This document shows positions 21,459-32,116 of a stretch of 64,000 bases of DNA, in pieces. The translations under genes were made by a program, and so were the position numbers. The stretch's first letter is position 1, and the number at the start of each line of letters is the position of its first letter. The notes beneath the pieces are model-generated. The model saw only the letters and a program-made list of their open reading frames with translations, made no database searches and had not been told where the DNA came from. Origin of the DNA: Savitreella phatthalungensis (Eukaryota); NCBI GenBank assembly GCA_051599415.1, contig AP039714.1, forward strand, positions 124,001 to 188,000, read 5' to 3'.

Positions 21459-22506
21459 CTAGTTGAGAATTTCCAGTGCTTTAGGACACACAGTCTTGAA
21501 GATGTCGAGCTGCTCATTCCAGACTTTCAGCTGAGCTTTCTGTCCTGCCTTGCTGAGCACAAAGTCGGAGGGCTCTTCGAAGTGGCAGTCTGCGATGTAG
21601 CCACCGCTTTCCTGTGAGCCGATGTCTGCCACGGCGGCGTAGGTCAGGTTGCGTGCGCCGTAGTCAGTTCGACGAGCGATCATGAGCTTGATGATGGAAA
21701 AAGCGAGTGAGCCCATGTTGCGTGCCAGGCCTGAGTGGCAAAGTCCAGGGTTTGGCACACAGACGTAGATCCGATCGTCCTCCTTGTTGGGTGAGGTCTT
21801 CAAGTAGGTTGCGAGCTGGCGGGTAACGAAGAGGTTGAGCAACTTGGTGCAGTTGTACCTGTCCTCGAGATCTGTTTCCTTGTTCATGGCATCGAGGATA
21901 TTTTCCGCATTCTTCTGAGATAGTTTTGCCCAGTGGTGGACCTCGCTACCCACAATGACGATTCTCGCCTCTGTATCGTGCTTCTTGACCGTCTCCCGCA
22001 TCTTCGGGAGGGCGAGGACGGAGAGGAGCGTGGTTGAGATCACATTCACCTGGAGACCGACTTCCCATCCGTCACCAGTCTCCTGTCGCTTAGGCTGGAT
22101 CACAGCAGCATTCTCAACGATGATGTCGAGGCGGTCAAGCTTGTTCAGTCGGTCACCGAAGCTCTTGACGCTGGCAAAGGAGTCGAGCTCGAGCGACCAA
22201 GCCTCGACATTAATGTCCGGATCTGTTCTCTTGAGGTCTGCGATGGCCTCCTTGCCCTTTGCCTCGTTACGGACGGTGATGATGAGCTTGGCGGGCTTCA
22301 TTCGTCCGAGTAGCCGAGCAGTCTCATGTCCGAGACCGCCAGGTGTGGCTCCGGTGACGATGACCGTCTTGCCAGACAAGTCTGCCTTTGTCTCTGCCAG
22401 ACTGCTGAAGAATTGTCTCGAGAGGACTAGGTTGTTAGTAAGGCGATCTGTAGAGGAGTGAAACTGACGAGGTCGGTCACTTACAGGTAGTGATCGAATA
22501 CTTCAT
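21459..22506 (-). CDS. Short-chain dehydrogenase/reductase (retinol dehydrogenase-like); exons 22485-22506 and 21459-22426
   Basis: TGATPGGLG; LDIIVENA; YNCTK (YxxxK); NPG. A 58-nt intron 22427-22484 (GTAAGT...TACTAAC...CTAG) gives the N-terminus MKYSITTFLSRQFF. Confidence 0.9.
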
Positions 22507-23544
22507 CTTGAGATGTCTTGAGATGACTTGACTTGAGAAGACTTTGACTCGAGAAGAATTGACTCGGAGAGGATGGAACGTGGACGAGTGTACGTATACT
22601 ATATATGAATGGCAGATGATGTCGTAGCTTTGTGACTTCTAAAGAGCTAAAGAGTGTTGGAGTTAAAGTGAATCTTGGCTGATTAATGTGAAAAGAGTCA
22701 AAATCAGCGAGTGCCCCTCCCAAGTAGATCAATCTCGAGCTCTGGAACTGTGTACTGCAGATCAGATCAGAACATTGTTTGCTCCAGCAGAGCAGGCTTG
22801 ATCGAGTAGTTGGTGTAGGTGCGCCCGTTAGAATAGAATTCTCCATATATTCTCCGCTATGACCGAAGAAGAGAGAGAGAGAGAGAGAGTGATTGGAGGT
22901 TCCAGGTTCTTTTTGTCAGGTGTGACACGTCTGAGATTAGGGCTCCTTCGGAAATATTTTTGATTGGTTGGTCGCTTTGTGCTACGCTTTGTGCCACTCT
23001 GGAGAAGATCAATCTCGAATGGGATGATGCACGGGTGCACTCACCCTTCAAACACCTACAGCAGGTGCATGTCTGTGTTGTGTGAAACTGTGACAGTGAT
23101 TCAGGAATCAATCGAAATTTAGTAATACACAGTAATCCATTCAATCTACAGTGTCCATGATTTTGACCAGAGTCGATTCTACCTAGAGCTCTACCATTAC
23201 TAACTTAAATTTGAAGTGTTATCTCAATGGATGCATGATTAATGTTTCTGTATTGTAGGATGTGTCAGCAATGCAGCTCTGTGCGGCAGTTTCGGTTTCA
23301 CTTGGCCTCCGAGCATGTACACGTGCAAGTACTCGTGCTTGTCTGGAAAGTCAGGTCCAGCAGTCGGAGCAGAATGCAGTGTATGCAGGGTGCAGGATAT
23401 GCAGGGTGCAGACAGTATATGCACAGTATCCTCTACCGTAGAGCGTTCCACTCGGTCGTCCTTGTGTTTCCCATTCTTTCGCCCACTGACCTTGATCCTT
23501 CCAAAATCATTTGACGCTGGGGCTCAGTCCAAAACACTAGTCAT

Positions 23545-24696
23545 ATGGTCAGGACTTTTCTAAGACCACCGGCATTCCTTGCAGAGACCATAAATGTGAG
23601 ACTAGCCCGCAAATTCCCCTCTCTTGAGCTCGTAGATGATCCAACCCAGGCACAGCTACAGTGGGCTGATTATGAGGAGCTAGATTTTGAGACACCGCTG
23701 AAAGATCCGTCACATTGGGTATGCGCTTACTGCATCCGCAAGGCGCTCATCCGAAAGCACCACCTCGCAGCATGTGTTCGGGAATACGTTGCAAAACGTC
23801 CGGATAGTGTCCTCCGACAGTCCGTACCACCCTCGCACAACCTCGAACTCGACTATGCAGAGTTCCTCGATGACTCTTTGGACGAGGCCTTCGAGCTCAA
23901 GGGTGAACTCTCAGAGAACGAGGCTTTGCCAATCGAGAACCGTCGATGGTACATCCTCAAGGGCGGCATGGCCGAGCGTGGCGCCGGTCTCAGATTGTTT
24001 AGCACGCAGGACGAGCTTCAGGCAATCTTTGATGCTAGGGAAGCTGAACGTGGGGATGAAGAAGATGATGAGGATGAGATGGCTGATCCTTTATCTGACA
24101 TGCGCTTCTACGTTGTCCAGGAGTACATGTCGAATCCATTGCTCCTGCCGCAACTCCAGCACCGGAAATTTCACCTACGCGTGTACGTGCTTGCAGTGGG
24201 TGCCCTGACCGTCTACGTCCACCGCAACATCCTCGTCCTCGCCTCCGGCACACCGTACGAGAAGCCTTCCTTTGATGAAGCTGACCTCGGACGCCACCTC
24301 ACAAATACGTGCTACCAGACAAACCTGCCCACAGACCGCCAACTCGTGTACGACTTCTGGCAGATCGACCTGGCGCACGACGATATCTTCTCGTCCGCCA
24401 AAGCAGTCACGGCAGAACTGTTCAAGGCGGCGTCCGGACAACGAATTCATTTCCAGCCGCTGCCAAATGCCTTTGAAGTATTCGGGCTAGACTACTTGGT
24501 GGACGCCTCGTCAAGCGTACATCTACTGGAAGTGAACGCGTACCCTGACTTTGCGCAGACTGGTGATGGGCTGAAAGGTCTAGTGGACGGTGTGGCAAAT
24601 GATATGGTGGACGTGGTTGTCGACGCGATCGAGGGGAGAAAGGGGCAAAATTCCGTCGGTGGGTTCGAGCGGTGTCTCTCATTGGAGCTGATGTGA
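23545..24696 (+). CDS. Tubulin-tyrosine ligase family ATP-grasp protein (Ttl1/Pby1-like, without SurE domain)
   Basis: CAYCIRKALIRK; LELDYAEFLDD; QEYMSNPLL..RKFHLRVYV; HLTNTC; FEVFGLDYL; LLEVNAYPDF. Confidence 0.9.
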   Translation: MVRTFLRPPAFLAETINVRLARKFPSLELVDDPTQAQLQWADYEELDFETPLKDPSHWVCAYCIRKALIRKHHLAACVREYVAKRPDSVLRQSVPPSHNLELDYAEFLDDSLDEAFELKGELSENEALPIENRRWYILKGGMAERGAGLRLFSTQDELQAIFDAREAERGDEEDDEDEMADPLSDMRFYVVQEYMSNPLLLPQLQHRKFHLRVYVLAVGALTVYVHRNILVLASGTPYEKPSFDEADLGRHLTNTCYQTNLPTDRQLVYDFWQIDLAHDDIFSSAKAVTAELFKAASGQRIHFQPLPNAFEVFGLDYLVDASSSVHLLEVNAYPDFAQTGDGLKGLVDGVANDMVDVVVDAIEGRKGQNSVGGFERCLSLELM

Positions 24697-24717
24697 GGTT
24701 CCAAATAAAGTTCTCGC

Positions 24718-25095
24718 CTACGGGTCGTCGACCTCTCGATCACGAGTTACCTCGTACCCGCACAGGCCGAAGATCGCTCCAAGGCAGGCCATGAAGCACG
24801 TCCAGCAACAGCAGCAACAACCACCGCGCAGCCGTCTAACAGGCCTTCTCTCACCTGCAGAGGTCTGTGGAACCGTCGTCTGGCCATCCCTTCGATCCAG
24901 AAGGGGACGGCGACTGGTTTGTGAAGGGTGATTCTGCTCTACCGCCGTCGACTGGGAATCGCTTGTCAAGCGTGGCGTCGGCGCGTCCTCTATGATCGCT
25001 TCTTGGTGACATACTGGCGACGCCGCCGCTGTTGTCACTGCCTCTGTCGACTTCCGTTCAAGCTTAACTGTCTGTCTTCTGAGTCTGGAGAACAT
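24718..25095 (-). CDS. Small protein with C-terminal cysteine-rich hydrophobic segment (CYSTM-like)
   Basis: ATG at 25095; disordered N-terminus followed by GGCCCCCWTCFMACLGAIFGLC. Confidence 0.55.
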   Translation of the reverse strand: MFSRLRRQTVKLERKSTEAVTTAAASPVCHQEAIIEDAPTPRLTSDSQSTAVEQNHPSQTSRRPLLDRRDGQTTVPQTSAGERRPVRRLRGGCCCCCWTCFMACLGAIFGLCGYEVTRDREVDDP

Positions 25096-25414
25096 GTCAA
25101 GCTTCCCGCCACACACCTCACACCATCAGATGTGTATGCACTCTCATATAAGACACCACCCCAGAGCTTGACACACTCTGTGTCTACATTCGACATGTGT
25201 CATCACGCAAACATCACCACAACCTCAGACACGCAGCTCCGGCAGCCCCATACACCCACGCGTCAGATGTTCAGCATAGTGTAGCACATATTAGCTAGCC
25301 TTATGACAGGAGGATAACACAAACAATTTATGCGAATGCACGATTGACGCTGACTAAAACAGCAGGGTGTCACGACAAGCAGCCTTCTGCTCGTAGTGTC
25401 CAGTGGTGCCAAGG

Positions 25415-27070
25415 ATGGCCGTCAGGAAGGTGCTGGTCATCTACACTGGTGGCACGTTCGGTATGAAGAAGACGGAACATGGATACGAGCCTGCGTATGG
25501 TTACCTATTTGATCTGCTGGCTCGGGATCCTGGATTCAATCGTGTAGATGGCGGTGACGGCGAGCAGACTCTCGATGTAGCTCGTCCCGATGGTATTCAT
25601 GCATTGCCTGCACTCTTTCTGCCGCCGGCAAACCTCGCAGGAGAGGTCGTCTACACCGTGCTCGAGTACGAGACCCTGCTCGACAGCTCCTCCATCCGGT
25701 GGGACCACTGGCTCAAGATGGCCAGGACAATCGAGCGTAACTACCGCCTGTTTGACGGATTTGTCGTGATTCATGGAACAGACTCGATGGCGTACTCGTG
25801 CTCGATGCTGTCGTTCCTGCTGGAGGACCTCGGGAAGAGTGTTGTGGTGACCGGTTCGCAGATCCCGATCTCGCAGCTGAGAAACGACGCACGTGAGAAC
25901 TTGCTGGGTGCGTTGCTCCTCGCTGGCAACTTTGTCATCCCGGAGGTCGGGTTGTTCTTCCACCACGAGCTGCTGCGCGGAAACCGGTGCAGCAAGGTGG
26001 ACGCCGTCGGATTCGACGCATTCAGGTCTCCAAATTGCCTACCCCTTGCCACAGTCGGCGTCGACCTCCTCGTCCACTGGGGCAGGATACACAGGCCATC
26101 GCCAAAGTCGGCACCGCTGAAGGTGCGCGGAGATCTGCCGGAGGTCGATGTCGCTTCGCTCCACGTGTTTCCAGGGATCAAGGCGAGCACGATTCGGGCG
26201 CTGACGTCGTCCAGCTCGTTGCGCGGGCTCGTCCTCCACACATTCGGCGCAGGGAATGTGCCTGACGACAAGGAGCTCCACAGCGCGCTCTCAGAAGCTT
26301 CAACCGCAGGACTCGTCCTTGTCAATATCACGCAGTGCCTCCGAGGAGGCGTCGCGCCACTTTACGCCGCAGGTGAGGTATTGCGCCGGTCAGGCGTCGA
26401 GTCAGGCCTCGACATGACTGCCGAATGCGCGCTCACCAAGCTGGTCTATCTCCTCGCAAGGTATCCAGACGATCCGGCCAAGGTGAAGAAGCTCGTCGGC
26501 CGAAACCTCCGTGGAGAGCTGTCGGAGGACGTGCACGGGGTACAGCACTACTCCCATGCAGAGGCAGAAGATGCAGATCGGTGGGCTACACACTCTACCG
26601 ACGAAGACGAAGATGAGGATGAAGTCCAAAGCACACAGACAAGCAGGTACGAGGACGAGACGCTGCCGGACAAGGACCGTCGGCGGCGTGATCGGCGTCC
26701 GCGACGGAGACCGATACGACATCGGCTGGCAGACGTGTTTGAGGCTGTGTCGCGGGACGATGTGGCACGGATGGATCGCGCCCTCGGTATTCGTTCCGGC
26801 CAGCAGCACCAGCACCAGCACCACACGCACACAGACACAGATGCATCAGCTCACGGCGACCAGGATCTCGTCAACGCCGCAGACGTCGATGCCAGAACAC
26901 CGCTCAGATACGCAGCAGAGAGAGGCAGCGACAAGTGTATGGCGCGTCTGCTCGAGCTAGGCGCGTTCGTCCATGTCAAGGACGCCGCAGGAGAGACGGC
27001 GTTGTCGGTAGCTAGAAAGCGGGGTCACGCCGAGTGCGAGAGCCTACTCCGTCGTGCAGGCGCCCACTGA
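25415..27070 (+). CDS. Type I L-asparaginase / lysophospholipase with C-terminal ankyrin repeats (ASPG-like)
   Basis: IYTGGTFGM; LLDSS; HGTDSM; TGSQIP; RGNRCSK; TFGAGN; DMTAECALTKL; ankyrin-like TPLRYAA and GETALSVA. Confidence 0.92.
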   Translation: MAVRKVLVIYTGGTFGMKKTEHGYEPAYGYLFDLLARDPGFNRVDGGDGEQTLDVARPDGIHALPALFLPPANLAGEVVYTVLEYETLLDSSSIRWDHWLKMARTIERNYRLFDGFVVIHGTDSMAYSCSMLSFLLEDLGKSVVVTGSQIPISQLRNDARENLLGALLLAGNFVIPEVGLFFHHELLRGNRCSKVDAVGFDAFRSPNCLPLATVGVDLLVHWGRIHRPSPKSAPLKVRGDLPEVDVASLHVFPGIKASTIRALTSSSSLRGLVLHTFGAGNVPDDKELHSALSEASTAGLVLVNITQCLRGGVAPLYAAGEVLRRSGVESGLDMTAECALTKLVYLLARYPDDPAKVKKLVGRNLRGELSEDVHGVQHYSHAEAEDADRWATHSTDEDEDEDEVQSTQTSRYEDETLPDKDRRRRDRRPRRRPIRHRLADVFEAVSRDDVARMDRALGIRSGQQHQHQHHTHTDTDASAHGDQDLVNAADVDARTPLRYAAERGSDKCMARLLELGAFVHVKDAAGETALSVARKRGHAECESLLRRAGAH

Positions 27071-27163
27071 TGTGCAAAACAGCGCAACGTGAAGATAGAT
27101 GCGTATATATGTACAGAACGCCGAATGCGAGAGGTATGAAGGTGATTGTTCTCGCCGTATTGG

Positions 27164-27436
27164 TTACCGCCGGTCGACGCTACGCTCCATCGCTGTCACA
27201 ACTGTTAGTACGACTGTCAAGGGAACAAGAATCGCGGGAAGCTTACGATTGTAGTGAAGGATCTTCTCGATCAGATCGACGTGTGTTAGGACCATCCGCC
27301 GGCAGCAGTACCGCCGCAAACCGAGCTCACTCAGAGCAGCGCCTTCCTCCATACCATCCTCCAGCAACTTCAGGTAAGCGTCCCACTTGTCGCCCACCAC
27401 TTTTCCGCATGAGAAGCATCTCACGGGGATGATCAT
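27164..27436 (-). CDS. RPB10: RNA polymerases I/II/III subunit Rpb10; exons 27247-27436 and 27164-27192 (72 aa)
   Basis: [18 protein letters not shown]...[18 protein letters not shown] 54-nt intron (GTAAGC...TACTAAC...ACAG) restores the conserved HYNP and gives the end [12 protein letters not shown]. Confidence 0.97.
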   Translation of the reverse strand: MIIPVRCFSCGKVVGDKWDAYLKLLEDGMEEGAALSELGLRRYCCRRMVLTHVDLIEKILHYNRKLPAILVPLTVVLTVVTAMERSVDRR

Positions 27437-27817
27437 CCTGCTAGGCCTCCAACGATCTGTGTAGAAGGAGCCGCCTTTTGTAGACTCCGACACGGATCCC
27501 TAGAGAGAAACACCTGCCGATACTTCTTGGAGTTTGTGTACCTTGAGTGCTGTTGCTGATGACTGTATCCTCCTCACACAGAAATAGGACACCAAGCACA
27601 CACGTGCACAATGACCTTCCGAATTGTGCCACAGATAAACTCTACAGCCACAAAACACGTGAATCTGGCGCAAACGCAACAGCAGCTCCAGGGTTGCACA
27701 GGGTACTACTGTCTATGCTCCCAGCCGTTCCACTCATCCTCATCCTCAAAAACACCCTATATCGCGCTCAATCACGATCTATCAGGCTTAAACCGCCCCT
27801 TGAAAGACTCTTCAAAC

Positions 27818-28196
27818 ATGGTCTTTGGAGCCTCACCATTCTGGACAAACCCAATAAGATACCTGCGCTGGGCAGCGCACGAGCGGCCTAACGTCTTCTA
27901 CTCGCTCATCATCGGTGCTATCGGTATGTCCATTGAAACTCCCTCCCGCCATTCATGTTTGACTGACGCGAGATCGATAGGACCTGTTGCGTTGCTGGTA
28001 GTGCCGCCGATCAGGAGGTCGATGGGATACACCCGGAGTGTACCACCTCCTATGAGTTACCCGCGTAAGTCCTCCCTACTCGCTATCTGCCCTCTGACGC
28101 AGACCATTATCGCCGCTGCGAGCTCGAACGAAAGTGGACTAACGCGAGCTAGTGCCTGAAGGACCAAGGAAGCAGCTTTCCGGCTACGAAGACTAA
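27818..28196 (+). CDS. Complex I 9.5-kDa accessory subunit (NI9M/NDUFA3); exons 27818-27923, 27981-28064, 28153-28196
   Basis: Spliced product MVFGASPFWTNPIRYLRWAAHERPNVFYSLIIGAIGPVALLVVPPIRRSMGY...PMSYPLPEGPRKQLSGYED; introns GTATGT..CTGAC..TAG and GTAAGT..CTAAC..TAG. Confidence 0.9.
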
Positions 28197-28323
28197 ATCC
28201 GAGTACTTTCTCGGTCGATCAACCCGCATCGAATGCTACATTATACTACCTGCCTCTGATCTTCTATGCTGTCGGGTTTTGCGACGCTTTTCCGGAGGTG
28301 TCTTTGTGGTCCTAGAGAGCAGG

Positions 28324-29901
28324 TCAAAACCTATTGATGTCTCTGCCGAAAAGCTTGTTGAGCGTCCAGTAGATGGGGACGAGGAGCTTGTTTCTGATGG
28401 AGACTGTCATGGAGGCGTAGGCAAATTTCCAGACGAGGTATGCTGCGAAGCCTGAGATGGCTGACGGTCCTGCTTGGACGATGGCGCCTGATGACCCGAT
28501 GTATGCCATGATGCCGCGGTCCTTGAAGGCGAAGGTGCCGATGCGCGTGCGGCCGAGGGCTGCGCCGTTGAAGGCGCGCGCGAGGTACTGTCCCTTTTGG
28601 GCGGCCACCTGCGCAGTCGCAGGCAACGTCGCGTTCTCCATCACTCCCGCATCCCCGATCGCAAAGCAGTTCGGCATCGCTCCGTCCATGAAGATGTCCT
28701 TGATCCGTGCATCTGTGAGTGGCTTCGTGAGGGAGTCTGGTGCACCTGTCTGCGTTGTATCGACTTGGCTGTCCTTGTCAGTATTGTCACGCCGCAGGGC
28801 GTATGTGTCCCGATCGACAGAGTAACCCTCCGCCACACGACACTGCAGGTACTCGTTCGTCAATAACCCGCCCGTCCGTTTGTCCTTGGCGATCTCTGTG
28901 ATTGACGACACGATCGTCGAAGGCATCAAACCAGTCGACCACACCAAAAGACCATACTTGCGCGGCGCCTCCTTTTCAAATCTGAGCTCATCTGCGGTGA
29001 CCTCTTTCGGGGAGAGCCGTGTATGGATTTGGATATCGGCTCTTGCGAATTTCTGGGTCGCATACGCTGCCAGCTTCTGATCAAATGCCGCTAGGATCTT
29101 CTCAGCCACGTCGTACAGGTGGTAGGAGACGTGCTGAACGAGAGACGGATACAGCTTAGACATATCCTCCTGCACGAGGTCGTGCAGCTCTGCCATGAAC
29201 TCCACACCAGTCGGTCCTCCACCAACAACGCAGAAGCACAGCAGCTGTTTACGCTCCTCGTCACTCACGGTCGGTAATGCAGCCTGCTCGAAACACTTGA
29301 GGATCCGACGTCGGATCTCCCGAGCATCCTTGACGTCCTTGAGGAAGTGTGCGTGTTCCTTGACGCCGGGAATATTGAAGGTGTTGGAGTAGCACCCCGG
29401 AGCAAGCACCAAGTAGTCGTAGTCGATCTCGAACGACTCGCCTTCCGCCTCGATCACTGGTGCGCATGTCACAGTCCGGCCGATGAAGTCGATCTTCTCC
29501 ACCTTGCACTCGTGGAACTTGCTTTTCCGCAACGCGCGCACATTCTCCAGCGCAGTGCGAAACTCCAGCGTCCCCACAGCAGTTCCAGCCAGCAGCGGCG
29601 TGAACACAAAGTACGACCGTGGGCTGACCACCGTCACATCGAAAATCCGAGCATCGATCTTCTTGAGGAACGTGAAGCCAGCCCAGCCACTACCGACCAC
29701 GACCACTTTCGGTCGCCGATCGTAGATCTCGAGCGACGTCGCAGTGCGTCTGGTGACTTTTGTTGGTGCCGTGACAGGCAGTGTGGTGGTAGGCTTCAGC
29801 TGCCTCGTTGTCGGCGTCTCTGTCAACGTACTAGCGTACCGTGCCGGTCTGACTTGCGCTGGAGACACGCGACACAGCGATCGCACTGACACACGACTCA
29901 T
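28324..29901 (-). CDS. Type II (alternative) mitochondrial NADH dehydrogenase (NDE/NDI family)
   Basis: R/S/T-rich presequence; VVVGSGWAG; FTPLL..TAVGTLEFR; VVGGGPTGVE; FAIGD; PATAQVAAQKG; GIMAYIG; GRDINRF. Confidence 0.94.
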   Translation of the reverse strand: MSRVSVRSLCRVSPAQVRPARYASTLTETPTTRQLKPTTTLPVTAPTKVTRRTATSLEIYDRRPKVVVVGSGWAGFTFLKKIDARIFDVTVVSPRSYFVFTPLLAGTAVGTLEFRTALENVRALRKSKFHECKVEKIDFIGRTVTCAPVIEAEGESFEIDYDYLVLAPGCYSNTFNIPGVKEHAHFLKDVKDAREIRRRILKCFEQAALPTVSDEERKQLLCFCVVGGGPTGVEFMAELHDLVQEDMSKLYPSLVQHVSYHLYDVAEKILAAFDQKLAAYATQKFARADIQIHTRLSPKEVTADELRFEKEAPRKYGLLVWSTGLMPSTIVSSITEIAKDKRTGGLLTNEYLQCRVAEGYSVDRDTYALRRDNTDKDSQVDTTQTGAPDSLTKPLTDARIKDIFMDGAMPNCFAIGDAGVMENATLPATAQVAAQKGQYLARAFNGAALGRTRIGTFAFKDRGIMAYIGSSGAIVQAGPSAISGFAAYLVWKFAYASMTVSIRNKLLVPIYWTLNKLFGRDINRF

Positions 29902-30881
29902 GCTTGACTTGCTAAGAGACAGTCGCTGTGATGAAAGACTACTTGCAGTCCTGAAGTCGATCGACCGACGATTGCTGCCTCGAGGTGATTGATCAGAGGC
30001 AGTCTTGTGTGAAGCTCTATTGGGGATGTAGACCTCGGGAGATCGATTGTGGGCATAATTGATCCGGTATCCAATTACAGTCTTTCATTTGATCTTGACC
30101 TCCTCCAGATTCGAGCAGATTAAGTTTTGGGTAGATGTGACGTTGTACGGAGAATTCCCTGCGGAGCCGTCATTCTCCTGCCCACTCATCCAATCCACCT
30201 ATTCACTCGCTCAGTCACTCACGCTGTCACTCAGTCACTCAACCACTTCCTCGCTTACATCGGCAGGGACAGCCTGAGCTTCTTATCTGAAGTCCTCTCC
30301 TGGAGTTGGTGCTTGCTCTAGTGCTCTATAATACAGCACCGCAGGAGTTATTGATATGCATTGTGTTTAACAAGACAAGCAACCATAGATGACATTACGG
30401 AAGTACTGTGATACTGCTGCACAAGAGAAAATTTGCTCTACTTGCTCTATTGGGTATATACTCAGACTGATAGCTGCTAGGCGTTTCAGTCAACGGTGAG
30501 TCTTAAATCTCGCCTCGAGTCCTCCGATCAACAAGCCTTTGACAGAATCAATGCTTTACCCAGGCCTAAAATAGTCTCACAGGGTTCTGAACAGGATTTG
30601 AATTCTTGAAACAGGCCAAGAACTATCAGCGAGCAGCTCTTTTGCTCTGCAGAGTGACTCCGGTGAAGCTGTACTCTGAGTATACTGGGTCTTCTGAGCA
30701 TTGAGTATACTGAGTATCGTTCCAGAGCTTCTACGCCACTACTTGAATCATCTCCACGTGCATTTAGAAATTCTTAGACACGTGAATGGATTTGTTCTAT
30801 TCAACTTCAACGGCTGACGCAACCATTCATATACACTTCAAAGACACTACTCTTCCACATCTTCACACTCCCACAGACATC

Positions 30882-31808
30882 ATGTTCGCATCCTCGCGGC
30901 TTCTATCGCGCGCATGTACGGGCTTGACTCGTAGCGGCGCAGTGGGTGTCCTCGCCAAGGGCGCAACCCCACGCACCATGGCTACGTACACTCCTCTCAG
31001 ACTACAACAGCAAGCTCGTCAGCCGGACTGGTTCAGACTCGGCGGTGCAGCGCTCGCTGTCGGCGGAACCATCCTTGGCACCCATCTCTTCCTCAACCGA
31101 GAGACTCGTGAGTCTCTTCACCCTTACGAGCGCAGCTACCTGAACGAGACTTTCACCTACACCGGTGTCGGTCTCGCCCTCACAGCAGCCGTCGCTAAGG
31201 GTCTCCACAACGCAGGCTGGAGCGTGCGGCTGATGTCGATGAACCCCTGGATGGTGCTCGGCGGAGGTTTGGTGGGCTCGATTGCGACGATGTATGGAAC
31301 GATGAACACGGACCCAAGCAACGCGGTGCTCAAGCACACCTTCTGGGGCGGTTTCCAGGTCATGCAGGCTCTCACCCTTGCTCCACTCTTCTTCGTCAAC
31401 CCGGCTATCCTCGCACGCGCAGGTCTCTACACCGTCGGCATCGTTGGATCCCTTTCGTACATCGGCGCGACAGCCAAGTCAGACCAGTACCTCTACCTGG
31501 GCGGTCCGCTGCTGGCCGGTGTGACGGTGGTTGCTCTTGCATCGCTCGCACCGATGATCTTGCCAGCTCGCATCGCTGCCCGTGCACTTGCACCACTCGA
31601 GGCCATCTCTTTGTATGGTGGTCTGGCCGTATTCTCCGGATTCGTCCTCTACGACACGCAGAAGATCCTCCACCGCGCCAGACTCGCTCAGCAGGGATAC
31701 ATGAAGCGCGACACATGCAGGGAATCCATCTCCCTCGAACTCGACTGCATCAACATCTTCGTCAGGCTCGTATCCATCCTATCAGGTCAGCAGCAGCGCA
31801 GGCGGTGA
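30882..31808 (+). CDS. Mitochondrial Bax inhibitor-1 / GHITM (TMBIM5) family protein
   Basis: Presequence MFASSRLLSR; LNRETR; YLGGPLLAG; YGGLAVFSGFVLYDTQK; LELDCINIFVR. The upstream ATG at 30786 is less likely. Confidence 0.9.
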   Translation: MFASSRLLSRACTGLTRSGAVGVLAKGATPRTMATYTPLRLQQQARQPDWFRLGGAALAVGGTILGTHLFLNRETRESLHPYERSYLNETFTYTGVGLALTAAVAKGLHNAGWSVRLMSMNPWMVLGGGLVGSIATMYGTMNTDPSNAVLKHTFWGGFQVMQALTLAPLFFVNPAILARAGLYTVGIVGSLSYIGATAKSDQYLYLGGPLLAGVTVVALASLAPMILPARIAARALAPLEAISLYGGLAVFSGFVLYDTQKILHRARLAQQGYMKRDTCRESISLELDCINIFVRLVSILSGQQQRRR

Positions 31809-32116
31809 TCAGCCACCAAAGTACAACTTCACTCCAACGATTTATGAGCACGTAGTAACTATCCCTCTCTCCTCATTATCAACACCTTAAGCTTGCCAAT
31901 TCTCATAGTAGTCTGACTGCGACCACGATACATAATGTGAGCAAGTAGGCTTCTTAGCCATACAGGAAAAGTGCAGACGGCAGTTTGTGTGGGGCCGTCG
32001 ATGAGACACGGACGGCAGGAGCAGAAGGACCTTGATTGATCTGTGCGCGTGTGTACCAGAGCTCGTTTCATGGCGCCGACCATATCAGAAGCCTCTGCAC
32101 CTCCTCTCTTCCGCCG

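Noticed and set aside
28065..28152. Possible nested (stwintron) structure in NDUFA3 intron 2
   Set aside because: Removing the internal GT..CTGAC..CAG does not regenerate a donor site
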